From positions 26,107-90,106 of IMG/VR virus record IMGVR_UViG_3300021255_001460: DNA of 64,000 nt. One strand, written 5' to 3'. A program made the position numbers and the translations under genes. The notes beneath the pieces are model-generated. The model searched no databases, had not been told where the DNA came from, and was given only the letters and a program-made list of their open reading frames with translations. How positions within the stretch are numbered: the stretch's first letter is position 1; every line of letters starts with the position of its first letter. Origin of the DNA: a virus (taxonomy: Duplodnaviria > Caudoviricetes). Of this stretch, positions 1 to 11,172 are shown one piece after another.

Positions 1-1
1 T

Positions 2-1294
2 CAGGTTGTGTATAGTCTCAATCAACCAGCCGCCGCAAGAGGTTCGCAGTCAGTATTTTGGAACATCGCATACCTAGACAAATACTATTTTGAACAGCTT
101 TTCGACGGCTTCGTTTTTCCTGATGGAACGGGTATGCAATGGGAGTCTGTGAGTTGGCTTCAGAAGGCATTCATGAAGTGGTTCAACAATGAGCGGCTCA
201 AGAATATTCTTACCTTCCCTGTCGAAACTCTGTCACTGCTGAATGATGGTAAAGAATATTGTGATAAAGAGTGGGCTGACTTCGCCGCACAAATGTACTC
301 AGAAGGACATAGCTTCTTTGTTTACACATCCGATAGCGTTGACAGTCTTGCCTCTTGTTGCCGCCTCAGAAATGGCATACAGGACAACCAGTTCTCGTAC
401 ACACTTGGTGCTGGCGGTGTTTCAACCGGAAGTAAGTGTGTTATGACTATCAATATCAATCGCCTTGTACAGAAAGCCATTATTGAACATCAGGCATATA
501 ACAAGGATCTTGATTACCAACTCAAGTTAATTGAAGACGCAGTGCGCGAACAGGTTCAGAAGATTCATAAGTATCTGATTGCATTCAACTCAATCATACT
601 CGATATGCGTGACAATCATATGATCTCGATTTATGATGCCGGGTTTGTTGCTCCAGAAAAGCAGTATCTGACGGTTGGTATTAATGGCGCTGTTGAAGGT
701 GCTGAATATCTTGCAATTAAGATTACCGATAATGATGATTATCAGAAATATATCAACGCTATTCTTCGCCCAATTAACGAGGAGAACAAAAAGAACCGCA
801 CTAAGGAAATCATGTTCAACACTGAGTTTGTTCCCGCAGAAAACCTTGGTGTAAAGAATGCAAAGTGGGATCTCAAGGATGGTTATTATGTGCCGCGAGA
901 TTGTTACAATTCTTACTTCTATATTGTGGAAGACGAAACAACCAATCCCATCGACAAGTTTAATCTGCACGGCAAGAAGTACACGCAGTTCTTGGACGGC
1001 GGCTCTGCTCTGCATTGTAATCTCGCAGAACATCTTTCCAAACAACAGTATGAGTTGCTGTTGAATTATGCTATCACAACGGGATGCAACTATTTTACAT
1101 TTAATATTCCGAATACCATTTGCAACAAGTGCGGCTATATCTCAAAGCACAAGTTGGATGTATGCCCAATATGTGGTAGTGAAGATCTTGATTATGCACT
1201 ACGCGTTATTGGGTATCTTGGACGAGTATCAAAATGGTCAATCGAACGTCAGGCAGAAGAAAAACGCAGATACTATGCGAAAGGAATCTCGTAA
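2..1294 (+). CDS. nrdD: Anaerobic (class III) ribonucleoside-triphosphate reductase, 5'-truncated by the window edge
   Basis: Frame is open from base 2. It has a C-terminal Zn-ribbon (CNKCG...CPICGS) and the glycyl-radical motif RVIGYL, and lies directly upstream of an activase. Confidence 0.93.
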   Translation, partial: QVVYSLNQPAAARGSQSVFWNIAYLDKYYFEQLFDGFVFPDGTGMQWESVSWLQKAFMKWFNNERLKNILTFPVETLSLLNDGKEYCDKEWADFAAQMYSEGHSFFVYTSDSVDSLASCCRLRNGIQDNQFSYTLGAGGVSTGSKCVMTININRLVQKAIIEHQAYNKDLDYQLKLIEDAVREQVQKIHKYLIAFNSIILDMRDNHMISIYDAGFVAPEKQYLTVGINGAVEGAEYLAIKITDNDDYQKYINAILRPINEENKKNRTKEIMFNTEFVPAENLGVKNAKWDLKDGYYVPRDCYNSYFYIVEDETTNPIDKFNLHGKKYTQFLDGGSALHCNLAEHLSKQQYELLLNYAITTGCNYFTFNIPNTICNKCGYISKHKLDVCPICGSEDLDYALRVIGYLGRVSKWSIERQAEEKRRYYAKGIS

Positions 1295-1779
1295 TGATTC
1301 TATTTCAGGGGTTTACTATTACATTCCAAGAAGTTCCAGATGAGATCAGTCTTGTCTTTAACATTGCTGATTGTCAGATGAGATGTAAAGGATGTCACTC
1401 GCCCAATCTACAAAAACATGAAGGCGATGTGTTACTTGATTATTTGCAACAAACAATTGATCAATATCGTGCCGCCATCACTTGTGTTTGCTTTATGGGT
1501 GAAGGTAATGATTATGACGGACTACTACAGTGCCGCCAGATTGTTGCCAATAATGGATTAAAAACCTGTCTCTATACCGGGGTTGACTCAACAAATCCCG
1601 GTGTAGATTATTGCGGCTGGGATTACATTAAAGTCGGACATTATGACGCAAGTAAAGGTGGTCTTGATTCCAAGACTACAAATCAGCGGATGTACAAACT
1701 TGTCGATGCCGCATACAAAGATATCACATACAGATTCCAAGAGAAGAATATGAATCTTGGTCGAATCGAGGTGAACTGA
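1294..1779 (+). CDS. nrdG: Anaerobic RNR activating protein (radical SAM)
   Basis: ATG overlaps the nrdD TAA. Motifs FQEVPDEISL, CQMRCKGCHS (CxxxCxxC), CVCFMGEG and YIKVGHY...GGLDSKTTNQRMY are typical. Confidence 0.92.
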   Translation: MILFQGFTITFQEVPDEISLVFNIADCQMRCKGCHSPNLQKHEGDVLLDYLQQTIDQYRAAITCVCFMGEGNDYDGLLQCRQIVANNGLKTCLYTGVDSTNPGVDYCGWDYIKVGHYDASKGGLDSKTTNQRMYKLVDAAYKDITYRFQEKNMNLGRIEVN

Positions 1780-2385
1780 ATGCCCGTCACATCATTCTCA
1801 GAACACATCAACGTAAATGATCTGGGTAAGGCTGGCACATTAACCTTGTAGTGCCTCGACCTGTCTATGCGTCGTCCGGGTTTCGCCGTAATCGAATACG
1901 ACAAAGAAACCCGCGCCACAAGGGTTGTCGAATCCTCAGTGGTTGACAACAAATCCACCAAGGCTTTAAGAACGCACGGACAGATGTTGCTTGCTACTGC
2001 CGCCGAACTCAGGCGCTACTTCGAGAAATACAAAGACCGCAAACTGATCCTTGCCAAAGAGGATGCGGTTATGTCTTACCGCAACATTAACACCAGTGTA
2101 ACCATCAGCAAAGTACACGGTGTTGCTGACATGATTGCCGCCGAGTATGGCTACTTCGATTTTCAAGGTATTGGCACAACCGCAATCAAAAAGATGTTAA
2201 CTGGTCGCGGCGATGCACAGAAGGACGAAGTGGAGCGCGGCACACGGGTCTTCATCGGACAGGAGTACGAATACCAATTCGATGATGAGTCCGACGCTGT
2301 GGCTGTTGGGCTGGCGTGGCTTATTCAGGGCGGCTTGCTCAAGATGCCGAAGAACTGGAAGCTTCCAGAAAAAGAAAATGGTTGA
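1780..2385 (+). CDS. ruvC: RuvC-like Holliday junction resolvase with an in-frame TAG at codon 24 (1849-1851)
   Basis: SD GAGGTG and an ATG abutting the nrdG TGA. The frame reads ...GTLTL*CLDLSMRRPGFAVIE..., then KEDAV, IKKMLTGRGDAQKDEV and DDESDAVAVG. The first catalytic Asp (CLDLS) lies upstream of the ORF-track start at 1867. Confidence 0.85.
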
Positions 2386-2393
2386 TCTCATTA

Positions 2394-2425
2394 AGGGGTT
2401 GTCGTTATGGCAACCCCTCTTTTTT
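2394..2425 (+). terminator. Intrinsic terminator after ruvC
   Basis: AGGGGTTGTC-gttat-GGCAACCCCT stem followed by a T-run. Confidence 0.75.
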
Positions 2426-2436
2426 ATTTGTCTGGA

Positions 2437-2498
2437 TGTAACAAATTTGTGTCATCGTGCCAGCCGCTTACCAAATCCACTATTTTTCCACATTACCT
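2437..2498 (+). promoter_or_regulatory. Conserved ~62-bp upstream element, copy 1
   Basis: TGTAACA-AATT-TGTGTCA..GTGCCA..CTTACCA..CACTATTTTTCCACATTACC closely matches the reverse complement of 55941-55998. Confidence 0.6.
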
Positions 2499-2518
2499 TA
2501 ATGAGGAGTGGAAAGGCG

Positions 2519-3079
2519 GTGATAGAGATTTCACACGACGAAGGCATTCCGTTCTGGAGATGCCGAGACTGTAAGTGGTGGTCGAAGCTACCCATGACTT
2601 CCAAGTGTCCATGCTTCGACTACCACTGGATTTGCCCAGCCCGTGACCCAGCCGCCATATTTGGTGGATTTACGTCGCACTGGCAAGGGTACACCAATGG
2701 GTCGCATCGAATTTGTGCGGCCTTTCAACCAACGCATGACCAGCAGTTCTGGGATGGGTTCGACTTCTACTACAACCACTACTGTCCAGAGGCTGGGCGA
2801 CATGTGATCATCCACCCTATCACGCCACTTGGTATTCACAGGAGCGGTGTGGATGATGTGTTTATCGTTCCCGAGATTGATTTCGTTGAGTGCAAAATCA
2901 TCAAGGGCGACAGGATTCGCTACCTGCATCACTATGAGCCGCGAACAACTTTTACCAAAACAAAGGCCGAAATGATCTCATCACAGCACGGGGGCGAAAT
3001 CATACTGGGCAAAGATTTTGTGCGGTTCGACTGGGATTATTACGGTAAGCCGCCAGAAGAGGAAAATGGATATGGTTAA
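2519..3079 (+). CDS. Hypothetical Cys-rich protein
   Basis: SD AAAGGCGGT and GTG start at 2519. Contains CRDC/CPC/C motifs. Confidence 0.7.
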   Translation: MIEISHDEGIPFWRCRDCKWWSKLPMTSKCPCFDYHWICPARDPAAIFGGFTSHWQGYTNGSHRICAAFQPTHDQQFWDGFDFYYNHYCPEAGRHVIIHPITPLGIHRSGVDDVFIVPEIDFVECKIIKGDRIRYLHHYEPRTTFTKTKAEMISSQHGGEIILGKDFVRFDWDYYGKPPEEENGYG

Positions 3080-3942
3080 GAGGCTGAACGGCAAACGTGG
3101 CCCAATCATTGTGCGCGAGTGGAAACATACGGTCGGTTGCCATGATGACTGGGGATCTGAGTACTACACTGTTGAGTATTGTGTGCGGCTCTTGCTCGAC
3201 CGACATGGGTTTAGCTGGTTAATTGAGGCTGGCGACTTTACATGCCACGAGAAGAAATTGATTGACTGCGCGGTGTTCGCTTTACAGGTTATGGAACAGT
3301 GTTCGCCGCGCTACAAACGATTGATGGATCATTTATTCAAAACCAGACTGATTGAAAGGTTGTAATTTATGACAGGCCGCGAACTGATTGAGTACATCCA
3401 GCGCCACAAACTTGAAGACTGTGTGGTCGAAGTCCAATACCGTGATGATGGCGGGTACTACTTCGGTACTGACCCAGAACCGATACTTTACAAGATCGAA
3501 GCACTTGAGGATGACAGGTGGGCTTACACAGTGCCGTTCGACAGGCTGATTTTATAAGGAGTACTTTGATGTTAAGACTTGATTATGACATTATGCACTG
3601 CGGCGACGAACTAAAGAAGTTGATTGCCGCACATCCTGACCTGCCTATCGTGTTCGAGGCAAATGATGAAGCAAACTTTGGCGATTATGAAGTGACGATC
3701 TGCACTAGTGTTCACGCCAGAATCGGCGAAATCCTTGATTGTCAGCAGGAGATCGCCGACGACTATATCTTCACCGACAGAGATCAGTTTGCGGATTGTG
3801 TTCAGGATTACATTTACGATACCAGCCCATATGATGACCGCCCAGATGATTATTACATACAGAAAGCAAAACAACTTGTCGAAAGCTACGAACCTTACTG
3901 GAAGAAGTGCATTCTTGTGACGGTCGGCAACTGAGGTGGATT

Positions 3943-4374
3943 ATGAGATACGGAAAATGGATTGACCCAGTTCCAGAAGGTGTTATGTACTGGGATGAAC
4001 GAGCGTATCAACAATGTTCGCTATGTGGCAAGAAGCAATTTCTATCATATGGGATGAAGTATTGTCCGCATTGTGGGGCAAGAATGGACGGCACTGAGGA
4101 TAAATATTGGATCAGCGTTCGTGATCGACTTCCAGTTATCGATGAAGATGTGCTGGTTTGCGCGGTTAACAAAACAACTGGCGAACAAAGCATCTTGATT
4201 ACAAGCATGGAAGATACGTTGTACTACGGCGCTAGTAATTCGGTAAAGATAGATCCAAGATGGAGAAGTCCGTACCAGTATTTTTCTGAAAACAATACGA
4301 TCACTCACTGGATGCCGCTTCCACAGCCACCAGACAAGGAGCAAGATCAAGATGAAAGAAAAGCTGACAAGTAA
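3943..4374 (+). CDS. Zn-finger plus DUF551-like protein
   Basis: CSLCG...YCPHCGARMD is followed by WISVRDRLP...ITHWMPLPQPP, the DUF551 signature. Confidence 0.75.
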   Translation: MRYGKWIDPVPEGVMYWDERAYQQCSLCGKKQFLSYGMKYCPHCGARMDGTEDKYWISVRDRLPVIDEDVLVCAVNKTTGEQSILITSMEDTLYYGASNSVKIDPRWRSPYQYFSENNTITHWMPLPQPPDKEQDQDERKADK

Positions 4375-7300
4375 TGAAATCATAAAGGTTCTGGACACAC
4401 TGATAGGGCCGACAGAAGCTATTGGAGACTCAGCCGCAGACCATACTATTGAACATAATCTCATGACTCTGATTGACATTGTGAACTGGTGTCTTGACGG
4501 CATAAGTTATAGCGCATCCACTAGACACAGGTTTGAAGCCAGTATGCGTGATGTGGGCGAACGGGCATTCGCCGCACTGGATGAGTGGCGAAACTGGCTG
4601 GACGAAAGGATCAAGGAGGACTAACAGTGGATACCGTGAACGCTCTCATGATGGGTGAAATGAATCGCGGCAAAGAAATGAAGGTCTTCGACTGGAACAA
4701 GGCGGCGAAGATCATCAAAGAAAGAGGAGCGCAAGAAGCCAGTGCTGGGTTAGCAGAGGATTATAGTTATACTGGTGGTTTTATTCTTTACAACGGTATG
4801 ATCATAAGAAATAGTTGTACATACCTAGCATCAACTTGGGCAACACCAACCCTGTATGTCGATAGCGAAGAGATTCCATGCTATGTTATGGAATCGCAAA
4901 CCAACTGGAATGAATACACAAGGTGGCCTGAGTCTGCGGTCAAAATATTGATGGGTGATAAGTATGACTAACATCGATAAGGTTATCGAAGGACTGGAAT
5001 GCTGTCAGTATTCTTCAAAGGCACATTGCGATGAATGCCCATATGTAAATGATGGTTTATGCAGTATCGACGCTTGTACTGCTGATTTAGCAAGCGATGC
5101 TCTTGACATGCTGAAAGAGCAGGAAGATACGCGCCTTATTTCAAGGAAGCCGTATCATACAAAGGTCGAATATGCGAACGGTGGCTCTTGGATTACTGAC
5201 CAATGCCCCGAGTGTGTGGAGCGCGGCGTTGGTATTTGGGACACGCTTGTTGATAGATACGTCAAGTATTGCCGTCGATGTGGTCAGGCCCTTGACTGGA
5301 GCGAGTATAACGACCGTGACAAGATAGACTGGGATGAATACATGAGCCATGTCGGAGAGCGTGCTAATCGCATAATTAAAAGACGGTGAAGTGAAAATGA
5401 CAAAGGAAGAAGCGTATCGTTATATTGACAATCTTAAATGGTTAAAGGGGTACGACAATACAACAATCGACGGAAAAACCGTTGGCGAGATATTGGACGA
5501 AATTAAAACTCTGCTGAAAGAGCAGGAAGCGAAACCAATGACAGAATACGACGATGGATGGGATTGCCCAAGATGCGGACTTAAACTTGTAGGAAAAACA
5601 GCAAGTGGATATCCGTATGATGAGTTGGATTTACCAAATGATGAAATTGTGAAGTATTGCCCAGTATGCGGACAGGCGGTGAAATTGGATGATTGACAAA
5701 CGGCAACTTATCGAATCGTTAACCATATGTATCAATGACGAATGCGATAAGTGTGTTTACAGAAACAAAGGCGAGTACTGTAGCCTTGCATTGCTCCATG
5801 ATGTCCGCGAACTATTAACAACTCAAGACGGTTACAGACCAGCCGACATCGTTCGTTGTAAAGACTGTAAATATGGATATATGCTACCAAATTCTAGCGA
5901 TTATGTTTACTGTACCAAACCATATAGCGGCACGACCTCACATAAACCTGATTGGTTTTGCGCTGATGGAGACAGGCGGTGAAGTAGGAATGAATACGAA
6001 AAAGAAAAACGCTTTATTCGGACGGTATCCATCGTGCGATATGCTCAACAATGCTCTGCGTTTTATCCATGAAGGGAAAATTGATGTTGCTTGTTCTGAG
6101 ATTGTTTTTGCCATTGAAAAAGCAGATGGATATTTCCATGAAGATATTGTACCTATTGTTGAAAAGATTAAAAGCGACTGGATGAAAACACATTAGGAAG
6201 GTCAGTGAAGTGGAATGACGCTACAGGTTGAACTTCAAGACTTGCGGAAAATGCTCAAAGAAAAATGCGAAGAGATTATCAGCGATAAAAAACTCGTATG
6301 CGAGTTTTATTGGAGAATCTGCGAAATCGAAGAAGATGATAGGTTCACGGTTGTAGATGATTTGCATGATGGGCAGTGAAGTGGAATGACTGATTCTGAT
6401 AAAACAAAAATAATAGATGGATTTGCATATTGGATTGAGAACGAGGAAAACGGGGTTTGTTATATTCCGTTGAATCTTTGCGAAAAAATTATGGAACTGC
6501 TGAAGGAGCAAGAAAAGGAAATCAAAGGTACGACAGCACTAGTTTCTTGGAACAGCAAGCTCTGGAACACAAGAGTGTAATAAGGAAGTGAGAATTTGTA
6601 CGGCGATTTAAACGATTGTTATGGACGAGCGTTACAACAGGAACTTGCTGAAGCAAACAGACTTGAGCATGAGTTGATCGAAGAATCGAACCGCGAAGCC
6701 GATGCTTATTACGCAGAAATGGCTCGTCTTGAAGAGCAGAATAAGATGGAGAGTGAGTCATGAAAGAAATTATCATTGAAGTCCATGATAACTTTGTTTG
6801 TACTAACGACGAAGTGATCAGATGTCGCAACTGTAAATGGTGGAGACAAGACAGTATTCAGCACAATGTAAATGATGGCGGCGAGTGGGATGACGCTTAC
6901 TGCGAACGTTTGTGTGATATAGATAGATGGGGCGATATCTTTGATATATACAAACGAACACCATCAGATTTCTATTGTGCCGCCGCTGAAAGGATAAGTA
7001 AATGAGAGAAGTCATTGTCGAAGTTCCTGACAACTATGCATTTAATCAAGAAGCTGTTCCCGTAAAAGGCAACCTAACTAGATGCAAGAACTGTATACAT
7101 GGTAGGCCGTACACCAATGGCATCATATGCGACAGAGATTTGTTTATTGTGCCAGAGGAGCATTATTGTGGTATGGCAAAGCCGAGGATGTATGAAAAGA
7201 AAGACTTGATCGTTCGTAGATCCATCACTATGATTGACGGAAAGCCGCATGTTGAGACATATTCGGAGCAACCGCTGATCAGATGTAAGGACTGCAAGCA

Positions 7301-9685
7301 CTATGGTGAACAGTGGAAGACATGTGAAGAATTTAACTATTGCCAAGTTCCAGAAGACTTTTATTGTGGTAATGCTGAAAGAAGAGATGAACAATGAAAG
7401 AACTTATAGTGCCGTTCACAGATGATGAGTTTGCATTCCACATGAAACACTATGGAGAATATCAGGAACTGATCAGATGCCGCGATTGCAAGTATTATAT
7501 TTTGGACGACAGGGATCATATGGTGTGTGACTACGATGAACGGATCAGATATCCAGAAGACTATTACTGTGCATCCGCAGAAAGAAGAGATGAACAATGA
7601 CCAAACTTGAAAAGGTCTTTGCAGGACTTAGCTGTCATAGCGTGGATAACCGCTGTTATGAATGTCCATACTCAGGTTCAAGTTATTGTTCCGAAGCACT
7701 GGCTCTTGATACTATAGAGGTAATATCACTATTACAAAATCAGATCGTAGATACAAAGTCATGCAAGACTTGTGCATATTATGATCGCTGTGATCCAAGT
7801 GCCGCATCTTGTTCACCTGAATTCAGAACGTTTGCAGAGTGTCGCGGAAGTGCGAAATGGAATTGGAAATGGAAAGGCGTGGATTTGGAATGACAATAAA
7901 AGAAGAGCCGCACAAAATCACTGCACATCTGGATGTTACAATCACTGGCAGATTTCACGACGATGAAGCTTCAGAAGAAACTGTTCGTCAATGTCTTGAG
8001 GAAGAGTTGAACGAATTATGGGAAGACGTTGAAGTGCGGTTGATTAAAGACGACAAACCAGCGGAAAACATCATATCAATACATTGCAAAGACTGTCTAT
8101 GGTGGCAACCGGGTTTTGTCTATGGTGAAAATTATTATCCACCACATTGTGACAAGACTGGTGCTGGGCGATCTTCCGATGACTCTTGTCCAGATGCAGA
8201 GATAGACTTTACGATAAGAGAGTTAGTATGAGGAGGCCAATAAGCCGTGTTCAGAGACTTGACAGAATTCGTGTGTGCGAAGTGCGGCGAAAGATTTCTT
8301 GCCTACACCTACGGTTGCGATCTTCAAATCGATCTCAAACGCGATGATTGGTTTTACGTAAGTAGTTGTCCGTCTTGCGGTGCTGATTGCTTAGCGCCTA
8401 TAGAATGATCTGAATATGCATGAAGAGTATCTCGCATCAATCGAGCATTTGGCAAAGAATTGATCCGATGTTTGGCGAAGAAAGGAAGAACAATGGATAG
8501 AGATGATGTAATCAAACGGCTTGAACGTGCTTGTCAACTCGTGTGGAACGGCGAACGTTGTAACATCAGGGGTGCTAATGATGCGCTGGATGTCGCTTAT
8601 GCGATACACGATGCGATAGCTTTGATTCAGAAACAAAAAGCAGTTAAGCCCGAATGGTGGCAAGGAAAAGCTTATTGTGGTGGCTGTGGCGCTAAATTGC
8701 CAAAAAAGAAATACAGTATGAATTTCTGCGGCAAGTGTGGACATATGATTGATTGGGGTGATGACTGATGGCGGTTCTGATTCGCGATATGGAGATGCCG
8801 AAGTCATGCATTTATTGTGTATTTTGTCATGAGTGTGAATGCATTCTGACTGGACAATATCCACTAGATGATGAACTTATAATAGGTTACATGGTTCACC
8901 CAGATGAGTGTCCGCTGGAAGAAGTAACATGGGTCGCTGGGAACGAGGTGAAGTAAATGAGTGATCCAAATTTTCCGATAATCGAAGGTGTGCGGCTGTT
9001 GAACATAACCACACATCTACCGGATTGGGCAGGCATAATTATAGCAATATTATCCGTCATTGGTGGTCTGTGCTTGTTGACGGTGCTTGGTGCGTGGGAA
9101 GACATGTCTATACGGAAGAAAACATGGATGTGCGCTATATCCGCAATAATGATATTCGGTGCATTACTGTTTGCCGTACTTGTACCCAAGCAGTCAGTTT
9201 ATCAATGCCTAGTCGATCCGTCTGTGAGTTATCAAAAGCTGACAGAGATATTTAATGTTATCGAACAGCACGGCGAGATCATTGATCTGATGCCCAAGTA
9301 ATGAGAAAGGAGCGGTGGAATGAAACTCTACCACACGACCCACGCATACGACCCTACAGTGCCAGAAGAAGATTTTGTGACAGAGTTTGAGATTGACGAG
9401 AAATTAACAATCTCACAACTCGAAGCGAAAGCAGGACTTGAACCAAACATCTGCTACTACAACCGGGCTTGCCTCGATGATGATGACTCCCCCACCCGCC
9501 TCATTATCGACTACGGCTCATGGAGTTGGTTCTTGGTTATTACTGGCACACAAGAAGAATTAAAGGAGTTGATAAATCTATGGTTTTCCAGACAGTAATG
9601 TATCTCGTTTTCGCGGTCAGTGGCCTCGCGCTTGGACTACTGATCGGCTACACCCGTGGCATTGAAGATTCGAGGAGGTACTGAG

Positions 9686-9955
9686 ATGAATCGTAAAGAG
9701 GTTCTTGAAGCCGCACAGACTTGTGTTTGCGGTAACCGTGAAGATGACTATGGTTCGCCCGAAAACAATTTCGCCCGTATCGCTAACCTGTGGAACGCTT
9801 ACCTTGGGGTGGACAAGATCAAACCCCATGATGTGGCGGCAATGTTGGCTCTGCTGAAGGTGGCACGGATCGCTTCCGAAGGTCACGGCAAAGCTGATAA
9901 TTGGATTGATCTCGCGGGGTATGCGGCTTGCGGGGGTGAACTACAGGATGTCTGA
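9686..9955 (+). CDS. DUF6378-like phage protein
   Basis: REDDYGSPENNFARIANLWNAYL...KVARI...DNWIDLAGYAACG pattern. Confidence 0.75.
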   Translation: MNRKEVLEAAQTCVCGNREDDYGSPENNFARIANLWNAYLGVDKIKPHDVAAMLALLKVARIASEGHGKADNWIDLAGYAACGGELQDV

Positions 9956-10769
9956 TTCTGACCTTGTGGTAAAGTTTACCCCAGCCAGTATCCGCGACAT
10001 GATCGACAACAATGGTTACGGCGATATAAAGGCCACACCATTTGTCCGCACAACAATCCTTGATAAAAACTTAATAGCATCGGCTAAACCTCATGAAGTT
10101 GTTTCCTGCCCTCACCTGCGGCTAAACAACTTCATTTTATTTGACGGCAAACCGATCAGTGAGTTCGCGCAAGATCCAAACTGGAAACCAGTTCCCAAGC
10201 CGCTACGAAGTCATCCACAGTACATGCAACTGCTGGAGCAAAGGTTCTCGCACAGCCCCGAGTACGACGAAGCAAGAGCCGCGCTGAAAACCATGCGCTC
10301 CGATTGCCCTGACGATATCTTAGCCGCATACAAGAAAGGCTGGATTGTTGAGGCGGCGGTATTAAAGCGCCAGCCCCGTATCACAATGGAGTTCAAGAAG
10401 GGCCTGACCGCATACAAAGCTGTGCGTGAACATGTCAGTTGGACGTTGCGCTACGCCGAAGAGCCGTCTGACTTCGCAACAGAAGTGTGTCAACTTTACG
10501 ATAGTTATGACAAGGCGCTAGAAGTGGCGAACGTGTTATGTGCCGACTGGATGGACTCAATGCTCCGTACCGCAGGAAAAGACTGGCGCGAGGATATCGA
10601 GTGGGCGCTTGAACGTGTGCCAGACAAGTACAAGATGAACGCACGACTGGCGCTTGACTTATGTCAACCAATACCGGGCGCTGTGATCCGGGTCTGTAAT
10701 AACAAGATCTATCGGCGCGAACGACAGGGCTACGAATGGTCTGTAATCTTTGATTGGGAGGATGAATAA
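9948..10769 (+). CDS. Hypothetical protein
   Basis: 273-codon ORF coupled to its neighbours; no motif recognised. Confidence 0.65.
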   Translation: MSDSDLVVKFTPASIRDMIDNNGYGDIKATPFVRTTILDKNLIASAKPHEVVSCPHLRLNNFILFDGKPISEFAQDPNWKPVPKPLRSHPQYMQLLEQRFSHSPEYDEARAALKTMRSDCPDDILAAYKKGWIVEAAVLKRQPRITMEFKKGLTAYKAVREHVSWTLRYAEEPSDFATEVCQLYDSYDKALEVANVLCADWMDSMLRTAGKDWREDIEWALERVPDKYKMNARLALDLCQPIPGAVIRVCNNKIYRRERQGYEWSVIFDWEDE

Positions 10770-11172
10770 GATGCTTGGTGATTTGACGGGTACATACACT
10801 TGTGATCTGATTATGGTCATTCTCGCGGTATGTGCTGGTGTCCATTGGATTATTGGAGCAATCATTGGCGACGACGATGACGATGATGACGACGATGAGG
10901 AGTAAATGATATGACGAAAGCAAATGCAGAGCAGTGGCGATCTGGTGAGGCTGGCGCTTGTGGCCTGTGCCGCCGCGAAAAGTATTGCCACAAACCTTGC
11001 CTGAATAACAAGGAGAGACTTGCCACCATTGCTGTCAGAATGCTCGAACAACTGGGCAAAGATCCCGAGTTTGATGATAAGGTTGCTGGAGTGCTTACGG
11101 TTGCGAACCAGCTTGCTAAGAGTGCCATTATGATCAAAAACATGAACCTTGGTCTGGACGAGGAGCAGAGCG

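Larger units (their letters stand above)
3069..10905 (+). other. Array of ~30 short, translationally coupled phage ORFs, many with CxxC or RCKDCKY Zn-binding modules
   Basis: Overlapping ATGA/TAATG junctions, strong SDs and recurring peptides (RCKDCK, CPxCG, LKEQE, FYCxxAERR). Examples: 3369-3557, 3569-3934, 4352-4624, 4964-5389, 5689-5982, 6760-7005, 7002-7397, 7394-7600, 7597-7893, 8768-8956, 8957-9301, 9320-9598. Confidence 0.8.
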
